Assembly: GCA_942492905.1 (NCBI GenBank)
Contig: OW818657.1
Coordinates: 3,456,022 to 3,520,021, forward strand
From: an uncultured Verrucomicrobiota bacterium
GTDB lineage: Bacteria > Verrucomicrobiota > Verrucomicrobiia > Verrucomicrobiales > V1-33
Direction of reading: 5' to 3'
Length of the DNA: 64,000 nt
Below, piece by piece: positions 19,101 to 24,451 of this stretch. Both the position numbers and the translations under genes were made by a program. Position 1 is the stretch's first letter, and every line of letters starts with the position of its first letter. The notes under the pieces are model-generated. The model worked only from the letters and a program-made list of their open reading frames with translations, had not been told where the DNA came from and did not search any database.

Positions 19101-19950
19101 GGAAAGCCTCCGGATCACCACCAGCACCTACGGTCTGGGGATTCTCGACTTCCGTTATGAGGGCAACTGGTATCCCGAAACCCGCAGCGGAGCGTCCCTC
19201 GAAATTGTCGATCCCACTGCCGACCGCACCTCCTGGAGCGATCAGGCAAGCTGGCAGCCCAGCGTGCCAAGCCCCGGCGGCCCTTCCCCATTCGGAGTCC
19301 TTGCCCCCGCCGATGTTACCGTGACCCTGCCCCGTCCGGCCATCCTAGGGGCCTGGGTCTCTCCCGGCACCCATGCGGCCGGCGACATCAGCCTGGCATG
19401 GCGGAAAGTGAGCGGTCCGGGCTCCGTCACTTTCACCGCTCCAGCTAACAAGGTCACCGATGCAATCTTCTCCCTGCCCGGCATTTATGAACTGAGCATC
19501 ACCGCCACCCCTCCCGGAGGCGGACCGGAAGCCATTGATAGCGTCATCGTCACTGCCGCGGAAGACTATGCCAGTTGGGTCGCCCGGCGGCTTAGTTCCG
19601 CCAGTGCCGCCAATCAGCTGCCGGAAGCGGATGCCGACGGGGATGGTCAGGTCAATCTTATCGAATACGCGATGGGGACCAATCCCGCGGCATGGAGTGC
19701 GGGACCTGAACTGATCATCAGCGGCGGACATCTGGCCCTGCGCTATCCGGTTTCCAGACTGATCGATCCTGCGGTGCAAATCATCCCGCAGCTTTCCCCC
19801 GGTCTGACCACCTGGTTCGAAGGTGCCGCCTTCCTGGTGGACACTATCACTCAACAGACAGATTCCATCGAAACCCATGTCGTCCAGGACGTGAATCCCC
19901 TTGGCATGGAGGGCCGGAGTTACCTCCGGCTGAAGGTGGTGGCCCCTTGA
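10180..19950 (+). CDS. giant secreted multidomain surface protein (3256 aa): HQ..SSD modules, about 7 cadherin-like 'tandem-95' repeats, lamin-tail domains, CotH kinase-like domain, right-handed beta-helix, conserved C-terminal tail
   Basis: Signal peptide MRSLSPALRPVGAFLLLMTLTASA. Repeats have the form NDxPxAxxDxY..GVLANDSD..L.A.L...P.NG.L.LNPDGSF.YTP...F.G.DSFTYRA.D. LTD motifs (ISEIMYNPPG..EFLEIHNYG..DLTGWRF). CotH motifs (RGNSSRG, NYKFSYSQFLGSRLFESAGVP). PbH1-like beta-helix repeats. Confidence 0.9.
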   Translation: MRSLSPALRPVGAFLLLMTLTASAVPTAVPDSYTTPEDTPAGNTAVDVINTGFEGSGGGITFTLPNAWQIIDLATTAAGGTNTYPQDAAARPWNVAAFDSSTSTIAGWRSGTLPVQGGSIDNANFSAVPATLTGLVPGGPNTVNTYLVRNQFTLTAAQAAHPTWDFTLLADDGCVIYVNGVEKARLNLPVTPTLNPDDLNGGTAGDETNYTTLQVDLAGALTAGANVVAIELHQSATSSSDAGIDFTMTPAGASPTAGFTGLADAFFGTANAVYSAQTYAATGGFNATGGLRVQMGNVFPTGGSQAVSGAWRTTFTLAAPATISLGFRHRLISGQDYDNNEYQELICDVDGTQYGTATSPSTHLAVSYQVGNGNGGGVIDSGWKQSNFNIPLAAGTHTLSLGGFGIVGSSGFAGTAQESFEGFFDDVVLTVPGSVSLLANDTGGVAPVTAVKASDPTHGVATVNTNGSFVYTPEANWFGTDSFTYRAVDGSGQSTPGLVTINVTAVNDLPLAVNDGPFITLQDVPLVVATAQGVLANDSDVESSLLTAVLGNGPANGVLQLNPDGSFAFTPNSGFSGNTSFTYRAHDGTANSLPATVTIQVTDVPDAPVASNDSYTAVKNTALVVNATTGGTTTEELLPYQSAGWRYFDSLELANRNLGTLWRTEAYTETADWKTGAAELGYGDGNEATQIADNPDPAFDSGASDKFATSYFRRTVEVTDLFNITGVQLSVIYDDACAFYLNGSPGGRTGNLPDPVTLPELAWDYFPNVGSAEDSSETFNLPASVLQSGTNLIAAEVHQNAPSSSDVSFDLRLRVTRTIPAGVLANDSDSDPGQTATLTAELVTPPAHGILTLNPDGTFTYSPANGYTGADFFTYRAKDTTNRSSAVTTASITIIDGPNVPPTALADSYPAVEDTLLTINAAAGVLANDTDAEGDAFTAIVATPPANGTLTLNPNGSFTYQPTAHFNGTDSFTYQARDSRASSPATVTLTVAPVNDLPVAVGDTYTGDPGVPYVVSAAEGVLVNDFDVDSGTILTAQLVTPPASGTLILNADGSFSLTAATGGNYTFTYRAKDAGSQSPPATVTVSLNAVPVTQADAYSLDEDVPLNVTAALGVLKNDSDPEGQPLTAQLISNVQQGTLSLNPDGSFLYTPASNFQGSDSFTYQAYDGTRQSGPVTVNLTVNPVNDPPGTVADTYGVRVDSPLQVAAANGVLRNDTDAENSPLSALLVSPPASGVLALNSDGSFSYTPEAGFSGTLTFSYRASDGTAQSALTTVTLNVSTFLNTIAISEIMYNPPGATGVSEEFLEIHNYGDASVDLTGWRFTKGVDYAFPASLLVPGRGYLAIPADRAAFTAKYPTASNVTATGWGAGGSLGNGGELVRLVNALGEKVDEVEYADEGDWAVRKIVGVWDSTNTPGDAPPNLDTDPGLEWITAADPDPELGNAGGSSLQLRNPALTNDSGQNWEAGLPTPGSSNSVVAQADSAPLIRGVTHSPAVPNRTQQVFVTAQIEDELPAGSSATVFYRTWLPSGATPATAFAQVVMQDNGLRQDGAAGDGVYGAVIPAQALNTVVEFYVQSTDAGSNSRTWPAPTLDLAGANPSQNANCLYQVNEEVWTDHRPLYQMVMTGADNASWNAGLANRTSNVAPNTTVIFRTGNRFDVRYRGAVRTRGNSSRGDTPLNLRMDIPKDNNWNGRTAFTLNYKFSYSQFLGSRLFESAGVPTEKAGVVGARINGVNRLLDQNGNRTFGYYCDLLPRGGDTIKEWFPGNDDGNGYGKIRGNVRWGVSTLPTIGAAGYAVGGYVNEGYNKQTNAAQNDWTDLDAWIQSLNAGTIANFDSTIASTVDVDQWCRFLALSTIVNHAETNMANGDDDDYSVYFGATDRLCRIIAHDLDTCFNLNAIGLGDEQAPPTMTIYQCTAPNYPTDGATLPQMDKFYRNPVLGRKFKASLRYYLDTIFAKPTFDATVDQLLDPQWMGTQFTPDGNTIRSHIKAFLDTRRATIETFLPTAFTATTNLTVQNELPRSTSATDLGGLGGKIDPARTASVTVNGVPVTTNPYGSTASTDNTWSAGTAITLRPGLNTLVCEARDESGLVFETLTVTIWYDAIGVNRSGTLASNESWTAASGPYNITSSLTVPNGVTLTIQPGTTVFLAAGANLTVAAGGNLVAPGTAASGITLARLPSGTVNWGGLIVNGGTAQLSYVSFANNASTALHSQNGANLTLDHLTFNNTGVQYLSLDGSSFTVSNCIFPTSTAGFEPVHGTDGIAPGGRGIIRNCWFGKTQGYNDSIDFSGGNRPGPILQVLNCVFNGSDDDILDLDSTDAWIEGNIFMHCHRSAASPDSASAVSGGADNSAYSQVTVINNLIYDCDNAVTMKQGNSQPNGNSAVLLNNTIVRTTRIGGIDTGSGVVNFDDDNVTGEGKGMYLEGNLIWEAESLARNYTPALSQLTFNTNLLPLAPPAGASSSGNLVADPMLNLALITTPATATAEQVIAALTPQLCSPAIGGGLLGRTLGADLSRTGITVQALPASTWPSSVTLGVGPGGSFTPTSQVAWTYGFTHYRYRLDGGALSAETPVANPLALTGLTPGAHILRVEGKNDAAFWQETPTEIAFTVAANAPTVVFSEVLADSTSGPDLIELYNWGATATNVSGCQISDDPTIPGKFTFPALTPPIPAGGYLVLDSTQLGFNLSQGGETLHLASSSGDALDTVVFGPQLTDFSIARSGTAWRLATPTPGSATAAVCALGSGRTLRLNEWLGSNDIIVPGDFVELYNPDALPVDLGGYRLSQDFRNEPTQSQFPPLSFIAGSGFLELTADGDAAAGADHLSFKISRIRDAIALLDPSANLVDNVIVLPGNPDVSQGRTPDGAVTTTYLALPTPGFSNGSDLTADTAVMNGLRITEIMFDPAAGPEYLEFKNISGTPLTITGVNFGSGLTFTFPATTITAGGYAVITQNLASFNSQYPGVTGVQWSAGRLDNNGESLRITTSTYGLGILDFRYEGNWYPETRSGASLEIVDPTADRTSWSDQASWQPSVPSPGGPSPFGVLAPADVTVTLPRPAILGAWVSPGTHAAGDISLAWRKVSGPGSVTFTAPANKVTDAIFSLPGIYELSITATPPGGGPEAIDSVIVTAAEDYASWVARRLSSASAANQLPEADADGDGQVNLIEYAMGTNPAAWSAGPELIISGGHLALRYPVSRLIDPAVQIIPQLSPGLTTWFEGAAFLVDTITQQTDSIETHVVQDVNPLGMEGRSYLRLKVVAP
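10372..10925 (+). other. HQ..SSD module copy 1 (in the 3256-aa protein)
   Basis: TYLVRNQFTL .. LADDGCVIYVNGVE .. VVAIELHQSATSSSDAGIDF. Confidence 0.6.
11470..14020 (+). repeat. array of about 7 cadherin-like / tandem-95-type repeats of ~95 aa (protein level)
   Basis: Seven successive units each contain GVL[AVKR]ND[ST]D .. NG.L.LN.[DN]GSF.Y[TQS]P .. [DT][ST]F[TS]YRA.D and end in V[NT].VND.P. The third unit is split by an inserted module at 12070..12632. Confidence 0.8.
12088..12627 (+). other. HQ..SSD module copy 2, nested inside a tandem-95 repeat
   Basis: AGWRYFDS..DWKTGAAELGYGDG..TSYFRRTVEV..IYDDACAFYLNGSP..LIAAEVHQNAPSSSDVSFDL. Confidence 0.65.
14035..14600 (+). other. lamin-tail domain (LTD) 1
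   Basis: IAISEIMYNPPGATGVSEEFLEIHNYGDASVDLTGWRFTKG..GNGGELVRLVNALGEKVDEVEY.. Confidence 0.75.
14990..16190 (+). other. CotH (spore-coat protein H-like atypical kinase) domain
   Basis: LYQVNEEVW..YQMVMTG.. VRYRGAVRTRGNSSRGDTPLNLRMD..FTLNYKFSYSQFLGSRLFESAGVPTEKAGVVGARINGV..DDYSVYF..HDLDTCF. Confidence 0.7.
16498..17470 (+). other. right-handed parallel beta-helix region
   Basis: Short repeats rich in N/G/T/V (NLTVAAGGNLV, GLIVNGGTAQLSYVSFANN, LTLDHLTFNNTG, FTVSNCIF, IIRNCWF, LQVLNCVFNGSDDD, WIEGNIF, VTVINNLIYDC, AVLLNNTIV). Confidence 0.65.
18019..19280 (+). other. three further lamin-tail domains (LTD 2-4)
   Basis: VVFSEVLADSTSGPDLIELYNWGATATNVSGCQISDD; LRLNEWLGSNDIIVPGDFVELYNPDALPVDLGGYRLSQD; LRITEIMFDPAAGPEYLEFKNISGTPLTITGVNFGSG. 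Each ends in a ..PTPG.. motif. Confidence 0.75.
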
Positions 19951-20318
19951 CTTGGAGTGGCACCACGGGGCCGGCGGGGAATCCGGAAAATTTCAGGGCA
20001 CAGCACAATCAGGCAGAAACCCATACCCTTCCGCGAAAAACCGGGCTTGCTGCTGGATTACAGAACTGCGAGGGCTTCCTATCCTGATTTTTTACGGCAC
20101 CACCTTTGACAAATTTATTGCCTTTGCCCCGTCTATCTGTCCAAATGGTCACACTTACAGGCTTGCGCTTGATTTGACTTGGGCACCTCACGATCCCAAA
20201 AATCCCCCCTCCATTACCCCCCATGTCCTTGCTCGCGGCTCCCCCGTAATCAGCAATCACGGAGTGAACTTCTGTCCAGCACCCCCCTTTTTTTCCGACT
20301 CTCTTCTCAGCAGGAATA

Positions 20319-20328
20319 CCCCCCCCCC
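20319..20328 (+). promoter_or_regulatory. C10 homopolymer tract 17 nt upstream of the ATG of the 1332-aa secreted protein (a C6T7 tract also lies at 20282..20294)
   Basis: Read directly: ..caggaataCCCCCCCCCCgatcctttggcaaccctATG. It is the longest homopolymer I saw in the window. Confidence 0.5.
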
Positions 20329-20345
20329 GATCCTTTGGCAACCCT

Positions 20346-23300
20346 ATGAAACCACCCTCGACCGTTCCAATCTTCGCCGCCTGCGCCGCAGCGGTGTTCT
20401 CCTTTAATCTTCCCAGCCAGGCGCAGCAGTTGCTGATTCCTGAAAACCATTCCTGGACCTTCCTGCACCCTATGGGCACGCTGCCCCCGCGGGCAGACAC
20501 GACTCCAGACCCGGATTTCGACACCTCATGGTATCTGCCGGAGGCGCAGTTTCTGACCACCTATGACGGCCCCAGCTTCTCCGCGGCCACCTTCGGGGAC
20601 CCTCTGACTCCCACCAGTGCGGACTCCGGACCCGGCATCGGACCGTTCGCCTACGGCGGGGTGGATGGAATTGCCGCCCCGGGCACCACCCTGACTTTGC
20701 CTGAGACGGGCAACCGCTATGCTTCCTATTACCGCACCGAATTTACGGTGCCCGCAGGAGGACTGATCGAACCCTCCCTCCGCATGATCTGTGACGATGG
20801 CAGTTTCATCTACCTCGATGGCGTGCTCATCGCCACGGTGAATGTTTCGGATGGCGTGACTGACACCTACACTTCGTTTGCCACCGATGCCACGAACACC
20901 GAACTTGGCTTCACCTTCCCATTGCGGGTCGCCGGCACCCTGCCGGGTGGTTCCCCCGGCGATGTGAAGGTCATCGTGCCCATGCCGGCACTCACCGCCG
21001 GCTCGCACACCTTGGCGGTCTCCGTCCACAACAATGCCGCCACCTCCAGCGACATGGGACTGCTCATGGAGCTGTCTGCCCTCGACCCTGACACCTCCAC
21101 CATCCACGCAGTGGTCACCGATGTGGTGCGCGATCTCAAGGGTACCCCGGTCGATATTACGGACGACGAATTTTCCTTCAAAGTCACCCTGAGCGGGAAT
21201 AATACGGGAGCCACCTGGACCAGCGATAATCCCATTGTCACCGGGGCCTACGGGGTGGCCACCACCATGGGGCCTTACAGTGCCGTCGGTCCGGCCTTTG
21301 TCACCTTCACGACAGCAGCAAATGCAACCAGCCAGACCACGGTCACCGTGGATCCGCCCACGGCCTTCACCACTTTGGTGAACTACAACCAAAGCTGGCA
21401 GGTGATGAACCCGCTGGCTGGGGTCCTGCCGCCGCGCCCTGTCGGCGGGGACGCGGACACGAATTTCGAGGAAACATGGTATCTCAAGGAAGATAGCTTC
21501 ATCAATCAATATGATGGACCGAATTTCGGCACCAATGGCGTAGGGGGAAGTTATGAAGCCATCACTGGTCCCGGGCCTTTCGCGGTCGGCACTGTCGATG
21601 GCATTGCGGCCGGTCAGCCAGTGGGAGCGGCGGGCACGACGGTGACGCTGCCAGCCAGTCCCAACCGGCTTACCAGCTATTATCGCACGACTTTCACGAC
21701 GACCCAGCCCATGAGCCTCGTCACCTTTGATCTGCTCTGCGATGATGGGGTTTTCATCTACCTCGACGGCAATCTGGTCGCGCAGGAAAACATGCCGGGG
21801 GCTCCAGGCTTCACCGCCTTGGCCGCAGCCGCCCGCGGCGAAACGCTGATCACCACGATTGATCTCTCGCAGGCCCCTGGGGGCAATGTGATTGCCACGG
21901 TCCCCGGATTGGCTCCAGGCGTGCATACTCTCGCGGTCTCGGTCCACCAGAGTGCAAATAACTCCAGCGATTTCGGCCTGGCCCTCAAAATGTCAGGAAT
22001 CGAAGTGGTGGGGCAACCAGTGATCGAGGCCTCAGTATCCGATGTGGTCCGGAGCGAGGCCGGCACCCCGGGATTACCTGATGACGACACTTTCACCTTC
22101 AAAGTGACCGTTAACGGCGCCAATGCCGGAACGACTTGGACAAGCAACTCCATCCCTGCCACGGGCAGTTATGGCGTGGCCACCACCTTTGGGCCTTTCC
22201 CTGTCATTGAGGGGACCAGGACCGTGCAATTTGCAGCATCGATTGATCCTGGCACTGTCACCAGCGTCACCGTCACCCCGCCCGCCAGCACCATCGCGGC
22301 CGTGTTCAGTGGCGTCACCCGGAATAACAATGGCACGCCAGTGGATCCGCGTGACGACACTATGACCTTCGACGTGACCGTCACCGGGACTTTCCTGAGC
22401 ACCCAGTGGACCAGCAATGTCACCGCGCCGAATGCCGGAAACTATAATACGGTCACCCCGTTCGGCCCCTTCCCAGCTACTGGACCTCTGGCTGTGGTCC
22501 TGACGGATTCGATTGATTTTGCCCGGACCGTAAGTTTCACGGTACAACCCCCGCGTTATATTCCGCCTGTCGAAATGGTTCCCTATTCCCAATCCTGGCA
22601 AGTTATGAATCCGCTCGGCGGTGTGCTGCCGGATGGTCCTGGCGGGCCCGATGACGACTTCGACACCACCTGGTTCCTGCCTGAAGCCAGCTTCGCCGTC
22701 CAGTACAACGGACCCACCTTCGGCACCGGCGGAGTAGCCGGAAGTTACGAGACCCTCGCAGGCCCCGGTCCCTTTGCGGTCGGCGGCATTGATGGTCTGG
22801 CCACAGGCACCACGATCGGCCCAGTGGGAACGGCCATTACGCTTCCGGCCACCGCCAGCCGCTTCACCAGCTATTACCGCACGACCTTCACCACCACTCA
22901 GGCGATCGATAATGTGAAGTTCGATCTGCTCTGCGACGATGGCGTCTTCATCTACCTCGACGGCGTCCTGGTAGCTCAGGACAATATGCCGGGGACCGAC
23001 ACCTTTGCCGCCCTCGCTTCCGCAGCCCGGGGCGAAACCCTCATCAATACCATTGATCTCTCCGCACTGCCGGGAGGCAATGTGGTGGCCACGGTGCCCA
23101 GCATCCCTGCCGGCACCCATACCCTCGCCGTGTCAGTGCATCAGAGTGCTGCGGACTCGAGCGACAAAGGACTGGCCCTCACGTTGTATGGACGTTCGGC
23201 TACCGGCGTCGTGGTGACTCCGGTCCTCGGCACTGTCACCCGCAACTTGAATAACACGGTGACCACCGACGACGATACCTTCCGGTTCTCCATCACCGTC

Positions 23301-24344
23301 AATGCCACCAATGGAGGAGCTTCCGGCTGGATCGGCAACGATGTGCCCGCCAGCGGCACCTATGGCGTGTCCACCGAGTTCGGTCCGTTCCCGGTCAGTG
23401 CGTCTCCGAAGTCCTTGACGTTCACTGACACCACGGATGATCTCGCCCGGGCCACCCTGATTGTCACTCCACCGCCCATCTTCGGCCTGACCACGTTCGG
23501 TGGCATCATCAACCCGGTTGTCCCCACCCTTCCCCTGCCGGCCAACTGGACGGCCAATGGAGCCACCATCACCCACAGCACCAATGTGGGCGTCGCCGCT
23601 CCCGGCACCCAGATCTCCTCAGCGGTGGTGAACCTCTCCGGAGTCACCGGCCCGGTTCAGTTCCGCATGGATCTGGTGGCAGCTGATACCAGCGCAGGCT
23701 CGAACTTCGAAGCCGCAGACACCGTGCTGGCCGAGTTGGTCCTCAATAATGGCGTCAGCGAACAGCGGATCAACCTGATCTCCAACTTCGACAGCAGTGG
23801 CGACGGGGTCCTCAACGGGTTCACCGGAGTCGATGCCGCGGACTACAATGCCAACAAAGACCAGGATGAACTGAATGGAGCATTCCTGAATGCTGAAGAC
23901 CCTGCGAACTACACCTTCGCCCTCTCCAGCGTCATTCCCGACGACATCATCTCCGCCCAGGTCGTGGTCACCGTCGTCTCGGTCGGTGGCACCGAGTCCA
24001 TCACGCTCTCGAATGTCAGCTTCTCGTCATTCGTGGCGGAAGTGGATACCGATGGGGATGGTCAGACGGACTCCTCGGAAGCGCTGGCCGGCACCAGCCC
24101 GACAGACCCTGGGGACGTCCTGCGGGTCACCGGCCTCACTCCCAACGGAGCAGGGCTTTCCGTGACCTTCCCTTCCAAAATCGGGCGCAATTACCGCATC
24201 GAGACCAGCACCAGGCTGGTGAGCGGCTGGGCTCCGCTGGGCGATGTCATCGCCGGCACCGGAGCGGACATTTCGGCGGATCTCGCGGAAGTCCCGGTGC
24301 CGGGTGAAGACAGATATTTCCTCCGGGTCCGGGTCGTTCCCTAG
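20346..24344 (+). CDS. secreted repeat protein (1332 aa) with three HQ..SSD modules alternating with Ig-like domains and a conserved C-terminal tail
   Basis: Signal peptide MKPPSTVPIFAACAAAVFSFNLPSQAQQ. Three ~205-aa modules; copies 2 and 3 look highly similar by eye (I estimate roughly 70% identity, not computed). Tail DTDGDGQTD..GRNYRIETSTRLVSGWAPL..DRYFLRVRVVP. Confidence 0.85.
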   Translation: MKPPSTVPIFAACAAAVFSFNLPSQAQQLLIPENHSWTFLHPMGTLPPRADTTPDPDFDTSWYLPEAQFLTTYDGPSFSAATFGDPLTPTSADSGPGIGPFAYGGVDGIAAPGTTLTLPETGNRYASYYRTEFTVPAGGLIEPSLRMICDDGSFIYLDGVLIATVNVSDGVTDTYTSFATDATNTELGFTFPLRVAGTLPGGSPGDVKVIVPMPALTAGSHTLAVSVHNNAATSSDMGLLMELSALDPDTSTIHAVVTDVVRDLKGTPVDITDDEFSFKVTLSGNNTGATWTSDNPIVTGAYGVATTMGPYSAVGPAFVTFTTAANATSQTTVTVDPPTAFTTLVNYNQSWQVMNPLAGVLPPRPVGGDADTNFEETWYLKEDSFINQYDGPNFGTNGVGGSYEAITGPGPFAVGTVDGIAAGQPVGAAGTTVTLPASPNRLTSYYRTTFTTTQPMSLVTFDLLCDDGVFIYLDGNLVAQENMPGAPGFTALAAAARGETLITTIDLSQAPGGNVIATVPGLAPGVHTLAVSVHQSANNSSDFGLALKMSGIEVVGQPVIEASVSDVVRSEAGTPGLPDDDTFTFKVTVNGANAGTTWTSNSIPATGSYGVATTFGPFPVIEGTRTVQFAASIDPGTVTSVTVTPPASTIAAVFSGVTRNNNGTPVDPRDDTMTFDVTVTGTFLSTQWTSNVTAPNAGNYNTVTPFGPFPATGPLAVVLTDSIDFARTVSFTVQPPRYIPPVEMVPYSQSWQVMNPLGGVLPDGPGGPDDDFDTTWFLPEASFAVQYNGPTFGTGGVAGSYETLAGPGPFAVGGIDGLATGTTIGPVGTAITLPATASRFTSYYRTTFTTTQAIDNVKFDLLCDDGVFIYLDGVLVAQDNMPGTDTFAALASAARGETLINTIDLSALPGGNVVATVPSIPAGTHTLAVSVHQSAADSSDKGLALTLYGRSATGVVVTPVLGTVTRNLNNTVTTDDDTFRFSITVNATNGGASGWIGNDVPASGTYGVSTEFGPFPVSASPKSLTFTDTTDDLARATLIVTPPPIFGLTTFGGIINPVVPTLPLPANWTANGATITHSTNVGVAAPGTQISSAVVNLSGVTGPVQFRMDLVAADTSAGSNFEAADTVLAELVLNNGVSEQRINLISNFDSSGDGVLNGFTGVDAADYNANKDQDELNGAFLNAEDPANYTFALSSVIPDDIISAQVVVTVVSVGGTESITLSNVSFSSFVAEVDTDGDGQTDSSEALAGTSPTDPGDVLRVTGLTPNGAGLSVTFPSKIGRNYRIETSTRLVSGWAPLGDVIAGTGADISADLAEVPVPGEDRYFLRVRVVP
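20440..23192 (+). repeat. three HQ..SSD modules (about 20440..21080, 21381..21999, 22581..23192), protein-level internal triplication
   Basis: Each copy has SW.[FV][LM][HN]P.G.LP .. W[YF]L.E..F...Y[DN]GP.F .. GPGPFA.G..DG[IL]A .. SYYRT.FT .. [IL]CDDG.FIYLDG.L[IV]A .. HTLAVSVH[QN]....SSD.GL. Confidence 0.8.
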
Positions 24345-24366
24345 CGTTGTCTCACAAAGCAATGAA

Positions 24367-24404
24367 GGGCCGGGGAGCACACTCCCCGGCCCTTTCTTTT
24401 TCTT
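24367..24404. terminator. strong intrinsic terminator hairpin between convergent genes
   Basis: GGGCCGGGGAG-caca-CTCCCCGGCCC (11-bp perfect GC-rich stem, 24367..24392) followed by TTTCTTTTTCTT on the + strand, 23 nt after the stop of 20346..24344. Confidence 0.8.
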
Positions 24405-24420
24405 GCTGGAAGAACCAGAA

Positions 24421-24440
24421 TTTCCGGAGTTTGCCGGAAA
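24421..24440 (-). terminator. second, weaker hairpin just downstream of the minus-strand gene 24452..26656
   Basis: TTTCCGG-agtttg-CCGGAAA (7-bp stem), followed on the minus strand by ttctggttctt. Confidence 0.4.
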
Positions 24441-24451
24441 CCGCCACCACT

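Noticed and set aside
20106-20111. TTGACA hexamer in the giant-gene intergenic region as a -35 element
   Set aside because: No acceptable -10 hexamer lies at 16-19 nt spacing; the nearest TATCT-like sequence is about 21-22 nt away.
19952-20407. 151-aa ORF filling the intergenic region between the two giant genes
   Set aside because: It runs through homopolymer tracts and into the signal-peptide codons of 20346..24344 in another frame. It has no motifs, and the region's lower GC looks non-coding.
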